Positions 54,719 through 64,000 of a DNA stretch of 64,000 nt are shown here, one piece after another. Both the position numbers and the translations under genes were made by a program. Source of the stretch: Candidatus Polarisedimenticolia bacterium (GTDB lineage Bacteria; Acidobacteriota; Polarisedimenticolia; JACPZX01; DASXTC01); the NCBI GenBank assembly GCA_036505635.1, contig DASXTC010000021.1, positions 124,032 to 188,031 on the forward strand, given 5' to 3'. Below the pieces are notes generated by a model. The model worked only from the letters and a program-made list of their open reading frames with translations, was not told the DNA's origin and searched no databases. How positions within the stretch are numbered: position 1 is the first letter of the stretch; each line of letters starts with the position of its first letter.

Positions 54719-55889
54719 CGACGACCCTCCTGAACCTCGCGATGCCTTCGCTGATGCGCTCGGCCGACAGCGCGTAGGAGAAGCGCAGGTACCCGGGCGT
54801 GCCGAACGCCTCTCCCGGCACGGTGGCGATGCGGGCGTCCTTCAGGAGCACCGTGGCGACTCCGATCGAGTCATTGACTCCCAGCCTGCGGTAGAGCCCG
54901 CTCACGCCCGGGTAGGCGTAGAAGGCCCCCGGAGGATTCAGGCATTCGACTCCCGGGATCGACCGCAGCCCGGGGACGATGAGGTCGCGGCGCCGGCAGT
55001 ACTCCTCGATCATCCGCTCCATCTCGTGCTGCGGCCCGGTCATCGCCTCGAGCGCCGCCGCCTGCGCCACTCCGGTCGGGTGTGTCGTGTCGTGGCTCTG
55101 CACCACGGACATGGCCGAGATCAGGGGCCCCGCCGCAACCGCGTAGCCGACCCGGTATCCGGTCATGGCGTAGCTCTTGGAGAACGTGCCCACCAGGATC
55201 AGTCGATCCCTCACCCGCCCATGCTCGCTGGCGAGACTCGCGTGCGTCAGTCCGTCATAGAGGAATTTCTCGTAGCACTCGTCGAAGATGAGGTAGAGAT
55301 CCCGTCTCAGGGCAAGCTCGGCGAAACGGCCCAGCTCGTCCTGCGGGATGACGGCGCCCGTGGGGTTCGACGGCGAGCAGAGGATGATGCAGCGGGTCGC
55401 CTTCGTGACGAGCGCCTCGGCGTCGCGGGCTCGAGCGATGAACCCGTCGCTCTCACGCGTCGACTGGATCACGGGGGTCGCGCCGGCCAGCCTGACCTGC
55501 TCCGGGAAGGAGACCCAGTAGGGCGCCGGGATGATCACCTCGTCGCCCGGGCCGAAGAGCGCCATCGCGGCGTTGAACAGCGCCCCCTTGCCGCCGCACG
55601 AGACGATCACCTCGTTGTCCCCGTACTCGGCCCCGTAGAGCCCGCGGTAATGATCGCGGATGGCGCCGCGCAAAGCCGGCAGGCCCTGCGTCGCCAGGTA
55701 GTGGCTCAGATTCTCGTCGATGGCGCGGTGCGCCGCCCGTTTGATGTTCTCGGGAGTGTTGAAGTCCGGTTCGCCCGGCCCGAAGTCGATGATGTCCACG
55801 CCCTGCCCGCGCAGCCGGTCGGCCTCCAGTTTCACGGCGAGCGTCGCGCTCGGATTCACCGATGAAAGCCGTTCAGAGATCTTGAGCAT
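54708..55889 (-). CDS. pyridoxal-phosphate-dependent aminotransferase (class I, aspartate-aminotransferase-like)
   Basis: PLP-lysine region TFSKSYAMTGYRVGY. About 393 aa. Confidence 0.85.
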   Translation of the reverse strand: MLKISERLSSVNPSATLAVKLEADRLRGQGVDIIDFGPGEPDFNTPENIKRAAHRAIDENLSHYLATQGLPALRGAIRDHYRGLYGAEYGDNEVIVSCGGKGALFNAAMALFGPGDEVIIPAPYWVSFPEQVRLAGATPVIQSTRESDGFIARARDAEALVTKATRCIILCSPSNPTGAVIPQDELGRFAELALRRDLYLIFDECYEKFLYDGLTHASLASEHGRVRDRLILVGTFSKSYAMTGYRVGYAVAAGPLISAMSVVQSHDTTHPTGVAQAAALEAMTGPQHEMERMIEEYCRRRDLIVPGLRSIPGVECLNPPGAFYAYPGVSGLYRRLGVNDSIGVATVLLKDARIATVPGEAFGTPGYLRFSYALSAERISEGIARFRRVVDGR

Positions 55890-56399
55890 TCATTTTCTCC
55901 TGCGGGACACGAGGCGCCGGGAGATCGCCCGGGCGACCGGTGGCGGCACCAGTCCCGACACGTCACCGCCAAGGGAGGCCACCTCCTTGACGAGGCGTGA
56001 GCTGAGGTAGGAGTAGGCCTCGGCAGGCATCATGAAGACTGTCTCCACCTCCGGATCGAGCCTGCGGTTCATGAGCGCCATCTGGAACTCGTACTCGAAG
56101 TCGGAGATCGCGCGCAGCCCCCGCACGATGACGTGCGCGCCGCGGCTGCGCACATAATCCACGAGCAGCCCGCTGAAGCTCTCCACGCTGACGTTGCCCA
56201 ACGAGGACACCGAGTCCTTGATCAGGGTCACCCTTTCGTCCAGGCCGAAGAGCGGCGCCTTATCGACGTTGCTGAGGATCGCGATCACCACGCGGTCGAA
56301 CAGCCGACTGCCTCTCTCGATGATGTCGAGGTGGCCGTTGGTGATCGGGTCGAACGTGCCCGGGTAGACCGCCGTTCTGCCGTCGTTGGATGCCGGGGA
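55890..56399 (-). CDS. coaD: phosphopantetheine adenylyltransferase
   Basis: AVYPGTFDPITNGHLDII (T/HxGH nucleotidyltransferase motif). The GTG start at 56399 lies just after the recN stop. The long upstream extension of the ORF was rejected. Confidence 0.8.
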   Translation of the reverse strand, partial: SPASNDGRTAVYPGTFDPITNGHLDIIERGSRLFDRVVIAILSNVDKAPLFGLDERVTLIKDSVSSLGNVSVESFSGLLVDYVRSRGAHVIVRGLRAISDFEYEFQMALMNRRLDPEVETVFMMPAEAYSYLSSRLVKEVASLGGDVSGLVPPPVARAISRRLVSRRRK

Positions 56400-56404
56400 G
56401 CTCT

Positions 56405-58108
56405 TCACGCGCCCGCCTTCCCCGGACGAGTCGCCCGGTTCACCAGCGCTTCGGCGTGCCGGCGCGCGGTCCTCGTCTCGGAGTCCCCCAGCATCCTCGC
56501 AAGCTCCTCGACGCGTCCCGCCGCGTCGAGCTGCTCCACCTCGGCGCGCGTCCGCGCGCCGGCGGCGCGCTTGGTGATGCGGAAGTGACGGTCGGCGAAC
56601 GAAGCGATCTGCGGCAGATGCGTCACGCAGAGGATCTGCTGCCGGCGCGCGAGGGCCGCCAGGCGGCGGCCGACCGCCTCGGCGACGGCGCCGCCGATGC
56701 CGCTGTCGATCTCGTCGAAGATCAGAGCGCGCCCATCGTCGCGCCCCTCGGCGGCGTTGCGCACCGCCAGCATCAGGCGCGACAGCTCCCCGCCCGATGC
56801 GATGCGCGAGAGCGGGCGCAGTTGCTCGCCCCTGTTGGGGGCGATGAGGTACTCGATGTCGTCCGTGCCGCGCGGGCCCGGTTCGGTCTGAGGCGCTGGG
56901 GCCACCTGGATGGCCACCCGCGTCCCCTCCATGGCGAGCGACCTGAGCTCGCCCTCGATCGCCTTCTCCAGGAGGCGCGCCGCCCGACGGCGCCGTTCCG
57001 ACAGCGCGCCGGCACGCGAAGCGTACTCCCGGCCCGCCGCCGCCATCTCGGAGTCGATCTCGCCGAGGCGCGCCGCCGCCCCGCCCAGGGCGGCCAGCTC
57101 CGTCCGTGCCTTCGATCGGAAATGAATGACCTCCGCCAGGGTCGGGCCGTACTTGCGCTTGAGCCGATCCAGCTCCGCGAGCCTCGCGCCCACCTGCTCC
57201 AGCCGCGCGGGCTCGAACGCCTCCTGGTTCAGGTAGCCGCCCAGGGCGCGCGCCGCCTCGGAAGAGGCGGTTCTCGCGTCTCGGATGACGGTGGCGATCG
57301 GTTCCGCCCGGGCGTCGATCCCCGCGAGCCGTGCCACGCACTCCTCGGCCGCGGCCAGCCGCGCAATGACCGAATCATCGTCTTCGCTCAACAACGCGAA
57401 GCCCCGGCCCGCCTGCCGAACGACTTCCTCGGCGTGGCGCAGCAGGCTCTCGTCGCGCAGGAGTTCTTCCTCCTCGCCGGCGAGCGGATCGGCCGCGTCG
57501 ATCTCGCCGATCTGACGCCGTAGCGTCTCGTCCTGGCGCGCCCTCTCGCTCTCTCGTGCCGCCAGGAGCTCACGCTCCGCACGAAGCGCGCGGAGCCGCC
57601 CGCAGATGGCCCCCACCTCGGTCCGAAGCCCGAGGACTCCGGCGAAGGCGTCGAGCGTATCCCGCTGGCCGGCCGCCGTCAGCAGGGACTGGTGCTGGTG
57701 CTGGCCGTGCAGATCGGCGAGCGAATCTCCGAGCTCCTTGAGAGCCGCCAGCGTCACGAGCTGCCCGTTGACCAGCGCCCGCCCCCGGGCGCCTGACTCC
57801 TGGGCGACCAGCTCGCGGCGGATCACCAGGTCACCGGCCGAAGTGGTCGGGTCGACGCCGATCGCATCGAGGATTCCGGCTGCGTCGGCGCGCCGCGAGA
57901 GATCGAACTGGGCCTCGACGACGAGCCGGTCGCAGCCCGTCCTGATCATCTCGGCGCCGCCCCGCTCGCCCAGCAGAAGGCCGATCGCGTCAACGATGAT
58001 TGACTTGCCCGCGCCGGTCTCCCCCGTGAGCACGTTGAGCCCGGCGGCGGGCTCGAGTGAGATCTCGTCGAGGATGGCCAGGTTCGTGATCTTCAGGAAG
58101 GAGAGCAT
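56405..58108 (-). CDS. recN: DNA repair protein RecN
   Basis: Walker A GETGAGKS near the N-terminus, long coiled-coil, C-terminal signature/Walker B region. Start at MLSFLKITNLAI. Confidence 0.9.
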   Translation of the reverse strand: MLSFLKITNLAILDEISLEPAAGLNVLTGETGAGKSIIVDAIGLLLGERGGAEMIRTGCDRLVVEAQFDLSRRADAAGILDAIGVDPTTSAGDLVIRRELVAQESGARGRALVNGQLVTLAALKELGDSLADLHGQHQHQSLLTAAGQRDTLDAFAGVLGLRTEVGAICGRLRALRAERELLAARESERARQDETLRRQIGEIDAADPLAGEEEELLRDESLLRHAEEVVRQAGRGFALLSEDDDSVIARLAAAEECVARLAGIDARAEPIATVIRDARTASSEAARALGGYLNQEAFEPARLEQVGARLAELDRLKRKYGPTLAEVIHFRSKARTELAALGGAAARLGEIDSEMAAAGREYASRAGALSERRRRAARLLEKAIEGELRSLAMEGTRVAIQVAPAPQTEPGPRGTDDIEYLIAPNRGEQLRPLSRIASGGELSRLMLAVRNAAEGRDDGRALIFDEIDSGIGGAVAEAVGRRLAALARRQQILCVTHLPQIASFADRHFRITKRAAGARTRAEVEQLDAAGRVEELARMLGDSETRTARRHAEALVNRATRPGKAGA

Positions 58109-58229
58109 AGACTCCCGGACCTGCATGGGCTCGGGATGCAGATGGAAAAAACCTCGGCGAGGCTATCACCCCGATTTCCGGGATGTCAAGGTAACCACCT
58201 GCGCGAACGCGCTTTGAGGTCCCGCCTCG

Positions 58230-58258
58230 TTGACACCCCGATCCCCCTCTGCTACAGT
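58230..58258 (+). promoter_or_regulatory. sigma70-type promoter candidate upstream of the tol-pal cluster (TTGACA - 17 nt - TACAGT)
   Basis: Perfect -35 hexamer at 58230-58235. 17-nt spacer. TACAGT at 58253-58258. Lies in the divergent gap between recN and tolQ. Confidence 0.55.
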
Positions 58259-58428
58259 CCGCCCCAGCCTCGCGGGAACTCTGCGCGTCCTCACGCCAGC
58301 TTGCAGGGAGGTTCCCCATTCAACTGCTCATTCTCGCCGCCGCGGCCGATCCGGCCGGGCTGGCACGATCCGCCGCCGCCCAGGGGTTCCAAGGCGACGT
58401 CCTGAGTCTGGTCCTGCACTCGGGGCCC

Positions 58429-59079
58429 ATGGCCCAGCTCGTGCTGCTGGTGCTGGCGTTTTTCTCGATCCTCTCCTGGGCGATCATGGCGGAGCGCCAC
58501 CGCGCTCTGTCGCGCGCCGAGAAGGAGGATCACATTCTCCTCGAGAGGTTCCGCTCGCAGGCGAGCCTGGCCGACCTGCGCGACTTCTGCGAGAAACTCC
58601 CCTATAGTCCGATGGCGCACGTCTACCGCACCGGGTTCCGCGAGCTCACGCGCGGGACGGCGGCGCGGCACGGGGGCGCCGCTGCCGGCGGCGTCGCGGT
58701 CGCTCCCGAGACGCAATCCCGGACCACCACCCGTATCATCGAGAGGGCCATGATCTCGGCTGCTTCCGAAGCCCAGGGGCGTCTGGAACGTTTTCTTGGA
58801 TTTCTCGCCTCCACCGCCTCCGCCTCCCCCTTCATCGGGCTGTTCGGCACCGTGTGGGGGATCATGAACTCGTTCCGCTCGATCGGCATGACCGGCACGG
58901 CCAATCTGGCCACGGTGGCGCCGGGGATCTCCGAGGCTCTGATCACCACCGCCGCGGGGCTCGCCGCCGCCATACCGGCCCTGCTCGGGTACAACTACTT
59001 CAATAATCGCCTCCGCGTGCTCGGCAACCGTCTCGACAATTTCATCGCCGAGCTCCTCAACCGCTTCGAGAAGGTCTGA
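58429..59079 (+). CDS. tolQ: Tol-Pal system protein TolQ (MotA/TolQ/ExbB proton channel)
   Basis: Three TM helices and the conserved FIGLFGTVWGIM ... TTAAGL region. The 5' end may extend upstream (see findings). Confidence 0.8.
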   Translation: MAQLVLLVLAFFSILSWAIMAERHRALSRAEKEDHILLERFRSQASLADLRDFCEKLPYSPMAHVYRTGFRELTRGTAARHGGAAAGGVAVAPETQSRTTTRIIERAMISAASEAQGRLERFLGFLASTASASPFIGLFGTVWGIMNSFRSIGMTGTANLATVAPGISEALITTAAGLAAAIPALLGYNYFNNRLRVLGNRLDNFIAELLNRFEKV

Positions 59080-59081
59080 CG

Positions 59082-59543
59082 ATGGCCGCGGCGATAGAGT
59101 CCCCCGGCCGCCGCGGGCGCCAGCGCGCCAGCATGGCGGACATCAACGTGACGCCGCTGGTGGACGTCGTCCTCGTGCTCCTCATCATCTTCATGGTGAC
59201 CGCCCCCATGATGCAGCGGGGCGTCGATGTGCAGCTTCCGAAAGCCGAGAGCGCGAGCGGGCAGGAAGAGCAACGCATCATCGTGACGATCGATCGGGCC
59301 GCCCGCGTCTACCTGAACCAGACCTCGATGCCTCTCGCCGAGCTCGAGCAGCACCTCTCCACCGTCGCCTCCGGCTACCGGGACCCCTTCGTCTACCTGC
59401 GAGCCGACCAGGCGGTCCCCTACGGCAGCGTGATGGCCGTCATGGATCGGATCAAGAAGGCCGGGATCGAACGGGTCGGTCTCGTGACCGAGCCCACGCC
59501 GTCGGACGAGCAGGCCCCATCCAGGCCACGCCGCCAGCGATGA
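59082..59543 (+). CDS. tolR: TolR/ExbD biopolymer-transport protein
   Basis: MADINVTPLVDVVLVLLIIFMVTAP is the ExbD/TolR signature TM. The start is possibly at the internal ATG 59133. Confidence 0.8.
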   Translation: MAAAIESPGRRGRQRASMADINVTPLVDVVLVLLIIFMVTAPMMQRGVDVQLPKAESASGQEEQRIIVTIDRAARVYLNQTSMPLAELEQHLSTVASGYRDPFVYLRADQAVPYGSVMAVMDRIKKAGIERVGLVTEPTPSDEQAPSRPRRQR

Positions 59544-60349
59544 CGATCAAGCTCAAGATCGCCTGGGGCGAACGGTCCGAACAGATCCTGATGAAGATGG
59601 CCGGCTATTCCGCCGTCGCGCATCTGGTCGCGCTCATCGTCTTCTCGATGATCCCCCGTTTCACCACGCCACCGCCGATGCCGCGCACGGCCATCGCCGA
59701 GATCATCCCCGCCTCGGCGCTCTTTCCGCCGGCCCCTCCCGGCGGCCCGGCTCACGCGAGGCAAGCGGAGCCGACCCCCTCGGAGCGGGCCGAGGCCGCG
59801 AAGGTGGCCGAGAAGCCGCCCGCGCCGAAGCCCCCGGAAGCCCCGAAGGCGCCCAAGAAAAAACCCGACGCGACCGTCCCACCACCGCCCGGCGAGAAAC
59901 GCGCGGAAAAGCCGAGGCCCGAGCCGGAGCCCGAGCGCGCCGCCGAGAGGGCCGGACGCGATCAAGTCGAACCGCCCCCGGTGGCCGACTCGATGGCCGG
60001 GATCAGCCTCGGCGGGACCGTCGTGCCCGGCGGGATTCCCTCGATCGGCTCGTCGGCCTTTCCCTACGACTATTACCGTTCCAGCCTGGTGGCCATTCTC
60101 CAGTCCAACTGGCGCAGACCGGTGGCGCCCGAGGGCCTGCGCGAGCCCGTGAGCTGCCGCGTCCAGTTCACCATCCTCAAGTCGGGAATCATCCAGGACG
60201 CGCGCATCTCCGTGCCGAGCGGCAACGAGGCCCTCGATCAATCGGCGCTGCGGGCGATCTACGACAGCAACCCGCTGCCCCCGCTTCCGTTCCAGTACGG
60301 GCAGAACTCGGTCAGTGCCGAGGTGCTTTTCGAGCTGACAGCCGATTGA
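59540..60349 (+). CDS. tolA: TolA/TonB-family energy-transducer protein (TM anchor, Pro/Lys-rich linker, TonB_C-like domain)
   Basis: N-terminal TM helix. Pro/Ala/Lys-rich spacer (PAPKPPEAPKAPKKKP). C-terminal TonB-C-like fold. Its position between tolR and tolB supports a TolA role. Confidence 0.65.
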   Translation: MTIKLKIAWGERSEQILMKMAGYSAVAHLVALIVFSMIPRFTTPPPMPRTAIAEIIPASALFPPAPPGGPAHARQAEPTPSERAEAAKVAEKPPAPKPPEAPKAPKKKPDATVPPPPGEKRAEKPRPEPEPERAAERAGRDQVEPPPVADSMAGISLGGTVVPGGIPSIGSSAFPYDYYRSSLVAILQSNWRRPVAPEGLREPVSCRVQFTILKSGIIQDARISVPSGNEALDQSALRAIYDSNPLPPLPFQYGQNSVSAEVLFELTAD

Positions 60350-60389
60350 CCGCGCCCGGCTCCAGACGGGCTTCACATCGCGAGGACGA

Positions 60390-61721
60390 ATGACGACGAG
60401 TCGAGTGCTTGTCACGGTGGCAGCTGCCATGGCGGCGGCCGCGGCCTTTGGGTGGGCCCGGAGCGGCGGCCCGGCGGCGCAGGACCCCAACCAGCCGCAG
60501 ATCGGGCTCAAGATCACCGGAACCGCGCAGCGCCAGGTCCCGATCGCGATCCTCCCATTCCATCCCGACGCGACCGCCGACGCCGCGGCGCGCGCGTCGG
60601 CCGAGTCGATACGCGCCGTCATCGGGGCCGACCTGACCTACTCGGGCCTCTTCAACGTGCTGCCCGCGTCCCTCTACAGCGGTGTCACGCTGACCGCGGC
60701 GCAGATCCCGTTCAGGGATTTCGCCGCGCTGGGCGCCGAGGGGATCGTGCGAGGCGCGGTCTCCAGGAAGGACTCCCAGATCGTCGTCGAGGGTCCGCTC
60801 TACGACACGAAAAGCGGCGCGCTCATCAGCGGCAAACGGTACCGCGGAGACGGCTCGCTGGCGCGCCACATCGCGCACAGCATCGCGAACGACATCACGC
60901 TGTCATACACGGGACGAACCGGGATCGCCCTCTCGCGGATCGTCTTCGTGGCGAAGATCGGCGGTGGCAAGGAGATCCACGTCATGGACTACGATGGCGC
61001 CGAGATCCGGCAGATCACCAAGAACAAGTCCCTCAACGTCTCCCCAGCCTGGTCGCCGGACGGCAGGCGTCTCGCCTTCGTGTCATACCGGCAGGGCAAC
61101 CCGAAGCTCTTCATCTACAACGGCGAGGACGGGAGTCTCAAGGATTCCACCCCTCCGGGCAGCGAGCTGTGCGTGGCGCCCGACTGGTCGCCAGACGGCC
61201 GGCTCATCGCCTTCTCCAGCTCCAGCGGGGGCGATTCCGACATCTTCATCCTCGATGTGGCCACGGGCCGATCCCGTCAGATCAGCTTCAGCCGGGGTTC
61301 GGACACATCGCCCGAGTGGTCCCCGTCCGGGCGCGAGATCGCCTTCACGTCCGATCGCTCGGGCACGCCGCAGATCTACATCATGGACGCCGAGGGGGCC
61401 AACGTCCGCCTGATGACCACGAGCGGTGAGTTCAACGACTCGGCCGCCTGGTCGCCGGACGGAGGCCGGATCGTCTACGCTTCCATGTTCGATGGCCGTT
61501 TCGACATCGTCGTCAACGACCTGGCGGCCGGCGCGATGCGCCGTCTCACCCAGAACGCCGCCAACAACGAGAACCCGCGCTGGTCGAGCGACGGTCGCCA
61601 CATCGTCTTCTCCTCGAACCGCAAGGGAACCTATAAAATCCTGACGATGGACGCCGACGGGAACCGTCAGGTGGAGCTGCCCACGCCGTTCGAGGCCACG
61701 ATGCCCGACTGGTCGCGGTAG
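60390..61721 (+). CDS. tolB: Tol-Pal system beta-propeller protein TolB
   Basis: Signal peptide, N-terminal TolB domain, then repeated WSPDG propeller blades ([48 protein letters not shown]). Confidence 0.9.
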   Translation: MTTSRVLVTVAAAMAAAAAFGWARSGGPAAQDPNQPQIGLKITGTAQRQVPIAILPFHPDATADAAARASAESIRAVIGADLTYSGLFNVLPASLYSGVTLTAAQIPFRDFAALGAEGIVRGAVSRKDSQIVVEGPLYDTKSGALISGKRYRGDGSLARHIAHSIANDITLSYTGRTGIALSRIVFVAKIGGGKEIHVMDYDGAEIRQITKNKSLNVSPAWSPDGRRLAFVSYRQGNPKLFIYNGEDGSLKDSTPPGSELCVAPDWSPDGRLIAFSSSSGGDSDIFILDVATGRSRQISFSRGSDTSPEWSPSGREIAFTSDRSGTPQIYIMDAEGANVRLMTTSGEFNDSAAWSPDGGRIVYASMFDGRFDIVVNDLAAGAMRRLTQNAANNENPRWSSDGRHIVFSSNRKGTYKILTMDADGNRQVELPTPFEATMPDWSR

Positions 61722-61798
61722 CCATGCGTGAAGAGGAGCGAACGCTGATGTTATACTCCGCGCGTTTCGAGCGAACCCTGTCCCTCCAGGAGGTGCCG

Positions 61799-62374
61799 AT
61801 GATCCGAAGAGTCCGATGCGCCGTCTCCATCCTCGCTGTGTTGATCCTGGCCGTCGCGTTCCTCTCCGCCGGCTGCAAGAAGAAGCCGGCTCCGGTCGCC
61901 GCCGCGCCCGCGCCACCGCCTGCCCAGAAGGTCGAGCCCGTTCCCGAGCCCGTGAGGGAGGAGCCGATGAAGCCGGTCGTCGAGGAGCCGATGGCCGCGC
62001 AGGGGATGGGCGCGAGCGAGTACAACCGGCAGGGCCTCTTGAAGGCGATCTATTTCGACACGAACCGTCACGAGATCCGGCCCGACCAGCGGCCCACGCT
62101 CGAAGCAAACGCCGAGAAGCTCAAGAACTCCCCGCTCTCCTCGTTCAGGATCCTCATCGAGGGGCATTGCGACGAGCGCAACACCAGCGAATACAACATG
62201 GCGCTCGGCGACCGTCGCGCCAATTCCGTGAAGCAGTACCTGATCAATCTCGGAATCCCGACGACCCGTCTCCGCACCATCTCCTACGGCGAGGAGCGCC
62301 CGATCGACCCGGGACACAACGAGGACGCCTGGGCCAGAAACCGCCGTTCAGAGTTCGTCCTCGAAGAGAGTTGA
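61799..62374 (+). CDS. pal: peptidoglycan-associated lipoprotein Pal (OmpA-family)
   Basis: Lipobox LSAGC. OmpA-like domain ([25 protein letters not shown]). Confidence 0.9.
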   Translation: MIRRVRCAVSILAVLILAVAFLSAGCKKKPAPVAAAPAPPPAQKVEPVPEPVREEPMKPVVEEPMAAQGMGASEYNRQGLLKAIYFDTNRHEIRPDQRPTLEANAEKLKNSPLSSFRILIEGHCDERNTSEYNMALGDRRANSVKQYLINLGIPTTRLRTISYGEERPIDPGHNEDAWARNRRSEFVLEES

Positions 62375-62381
62375 CGCGCCC

Positions 62382-63191
62382 GTGAGATACGGCCACGCTC
62401 CCGCTCGCGCCGCCGCCGCGGCGGGGCTCATCCTGCTTGCCGGATGCGTCACATCCACGCAGGCGACGAGGCTCCAGAAGGACCTCGACGACGTGAAGCG
62501 CCAGCTCTTCCAGGTGCAGCAGGAGACCACCGCGTCACGGACCCAGATCGAGGAGGTGGCCCGCCGTCTGGGCCCCGGGGCTCAGTCGCCATCCTCCTCC
62601 CAGGCGCAGCTCGGCGGCGCGATACAGACGCTGCTGGATCAGGTCCAGGCGCTGTCCGAGCGTCTCAAGGAGAGCAACTCCCGAATGGCGAGCCTCGCGC
62701 AGGATATCGAGGGCCTTCGCGAATCGGCCCGCAGGGCGGGCGCCCCCGGACCCACGGCGCCGGCCATGCAGCCGACCGCCCCCGCAGCCGGGGTACCGGC
62801 CGGCAGCCAGGCCGACCAGACCTTCAAGACGGCGTACGCCGATTACAGCAAGGGCAATTACGAGCTCGCCGTGATGGGGTTCAACGAGTTCCTGCGCTCC
62901 GCGCAGAGCCACCCGCTTGCCTGCGACGCGCAGTACTTCATCGGGGAGTGCTATTACAGCCAGGGCAAGTTCACCGAAGCGGCCGAATCGTTCGACCAGG
63001 TCCTGCAGAAGTATCCCTCCGGCGAGAGGGTCGCCGCGGCGCTACTGAAGAAGGGATACGCGCAGATCGAGTCGGGGCAGACGTCGGCCGGGGTCTCCAC
63101 CCTCCAGAGGCTGATTGACACCCATTCGGATTCGGGGGAGGCGCGGCTGGCCGCCGAGCGGCTCAAGCAGCTCGGCCTGCGTTCCCGTTAG
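62382..63191 (+). CDS. cpoB: Tol-Pal system protein YbgF/CpoB (coiled coil + TPR)
   Basis: Lipoprotein-like signal (LAGC), a coiled-coil region and C-terminal TPR repeats. Last gene of the tol-pal cluster. Confidence 0.8.
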   Translation: MRYGHAPARAAAAAGLILLAGCVTSTQATRLQKDLDDVKRQLFQVQQETTASRTQIEEVARRLGPGAQSPSSSQAQLGGAIQTLLDQVQALSERLKESNSRMASLAQDIEGLRESARRAGAPGPTAPAMQPTAPAAGVPAGSQADQTFKTAYADYSKGNYELAVMGFNEFLRSAQSHPLACDAQYFIGECYYSQGKFTEAAESFDQVLQKYPSGERVAAALLKKGYAQIESGQTSAGVSTLQRLIDTHSDSGEARLAAERLKQLGLRSR

Positions 63192-63290
63192 CGAAGGACC
63201 GAAACCCGGGTTGACAGGAGACGGCCTGATGGGCTAACCTTCGCGCCCGTTCGAGTCGGACAAGCACGAAACCCGGGGGTTCCATCCAGA

Positions 63291-63563
63291 ATGGCAACGC
63301 ACCAGTCGGCGATCAAGCGCCACAAGCAGAGCCTCAAACGCCGTGAGGCGAACAAAGCGACCCGCTCGCGCCTTCGGACGCAGATCAAGAAGCTGCGCGA
63401 TTCGGTCGAGACGAGCGACGCGGCCTCGGCCCGGCGTCTCCTGCCGGAGACGATCGCATTGATCGATCGCTCGATCCAGAAGGGCGTCGTCCACGAGAAC
63501 ACCGCCGCACGCTACAAGTCGCGCCTGACCCGCCTGGTCAACAAGCTCGGCGCGCCGAAGTAG
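63291..63563 (+). CDS. rpsT: 30S ribosomal protein S20
   Basis: MATHQSAIKRHKQSLKRREANKATRSRLRTQIKK is a textbook S20 N-terminus. Confidence 0.9.
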   Translation: MATHQSAIKRHKQSLKRREANKATRSRLRTQIKKLRDSVETSDAASARRLLPETIALIDRSIQKGVVHENTAARYKSRLTRLVNKLGAPK

Positions 63564-63650
63564 GCGCAGGCGCCCCACCGCCTCCTCGTTCGCCTCTTCT
63601 GTTATGATGACGGCTACCGGGTTGAATGGCCGTGTGATGGAGGGCGTAGT

Positions 63651-64000
63651 ATGAGCGACGAGACCGTCGAGTCGGGTCAACCCGTCCGGATCCCCGATGT
63701 CCTTCCGGTGCTCCCGTTGCGGGACGCCGTCGTTTTCCCCCATTTGCCCGCCCCGCTGGTGGTGGGGCGCCCGGTCTCGATCCGCACCATCGACCACGTG
63801 CTGACCGGCAACAAGATGGTCGCCCTCGTCGCTCAGAAGAACCCTCAGGTGGAGGAGCCCGGGCCCGACGAGATCTTCAAGATCGGCACGGCGGCGGTCG
63901 TGCTCAAGCTCCTCAAGTTCCCCGACGGGGGGCTCCGCGTGCTCACGCGGGGGCTGGAGCGCGTACGCCTGTACGACTTCGTCCAGCGCTCCCCGATCCC
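63651..64000 (+). CDS. lon: ATP-dependent protease Lon, N-terminal fragment (continues beyond the window)
   Basis: LPVLPLRDAVVFPHLPAPLVVGRPVSIRTID is the Lon N-terminal (LAN) domain signature. The ORF is open at the window end. Confidence 0.8.
   Translation, partial: MSDETVESGQPVRIPDVLPVLPLRDAVVFPHLPAPLVVGRPVSIRTIDHVLTGNKMVALVAQKNPQVEEPGPDEIFKIGTAAVVLKLLKFPDGGLRVLTRGLERVRLYDFVQRSPI

Noticed and set aside
56400-57341. Upstream 300 codons of the minus ORF that ends in coaD
   Set aside because: Frame shadow of recN. PPAT-like sequence begins only at the GTG at 56399, after the recN stop.
56390-57523. 377-aa plus-strand ORF inside recN
   Set aside because: Antisense to recN with low-complexity composition.
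63192-63280. Short direct repeat cgaaacccggg occurring twice upstream of rpsT, with a TTGACA hexamer
   Set aside because: Only two copies of 11 nt. Too short to call a repeat element. A promoter may be present, but the -10 is unclear.
1-64000. Search for rRNA, tRNA, CRISPR arrays, transposases/integrases and prophage genes
   Set aside because: No regularly spaced direct repeats, no cloverleaf-like conserved tRNA segments, and no DDE/tyrosine-recombinase-like ORFs were recognised by eye. An automated tRNAscan/Rfam/CRISPR scan would be needed to exclude small RNAs definitively.

Overview
This 64 kb window is high-GC (roughly 68-70%) chromosomal DNA from a Gram-negative (diderm) bacterium. A complete tol-pal cluster, lnt and a Pal lipoprotein are present. 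The lineage cannot be fixed from sequence alone, but the composition is consistent with Myxococcota, Acidobacteria or Rokubacteria-like genomes.

The right half (about 40.7-64 kb) is conserved housekeeping: sucC-sucD-ndk; a Fur/rubrerythrin/Fe-S oxidative-stress module; prfB with its canonical +1 programmed frameshift; lnt; a stomatin-NfeD pair; an aminotransferase; coaD; recN; tolQ-tolR-tolA-tolB-pal-ybgF; rpsT; and the 5' end of lon.

The left half is accessory-like. It contains:
- a lipid-tailoring cluster (B12-radical SAM, SAM methyltransferase, geranylgeranyl-reductase-like flavoprotein, KAS II-like synthase) at 0.6-5.4 kb;
- a low-GC patch carrying a start-less remnant of an OLD-family Toprim nuclease at about 5.9-6.4 kb;
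- a kynurenine-pathway pair (kynU, kynA) next to an unusual E1-alpha plus fused E1-alpha/beta thiamine-dependent dehydrogenase and an AraC regulator at 10.7-16.7 kb;
- tandem GT39-like membrane glycosyltransferases at 17.2-20.2 kb;
- an FHA-GAF histidine kinase at 20.2-22.1 kb.

The most striking region is a co-directional module at 27.7-34.1 kb. It encodes a HisKA-receiver protein lacking an ATPase domain, a lone receiver, a GAF-GAF-TM-HlyD fusion, an HlyD adaptor lipoprotein, and a PqqD/RRE-like + site-2-protease (M50) + HlyD triple fusion. No ABC/RND pump and no recognisable precursor peptide lies nearby. I consider it a candidate uncharacterised envelope-spanning signalling or peptide-processing system.

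A second curiosity is a CPBP (CAAX-protease-family) gene next to an isoprenylcysteine-carboxyl-methyltransferase-family gene at 37.2-39.3 kb.

I found no rRNA, tRNA, CRISPR array, transposase or integrase. Because of the high GC content, many long ORFs in the six-frame track are antisense or frame-shadow artefacts and were rejected.
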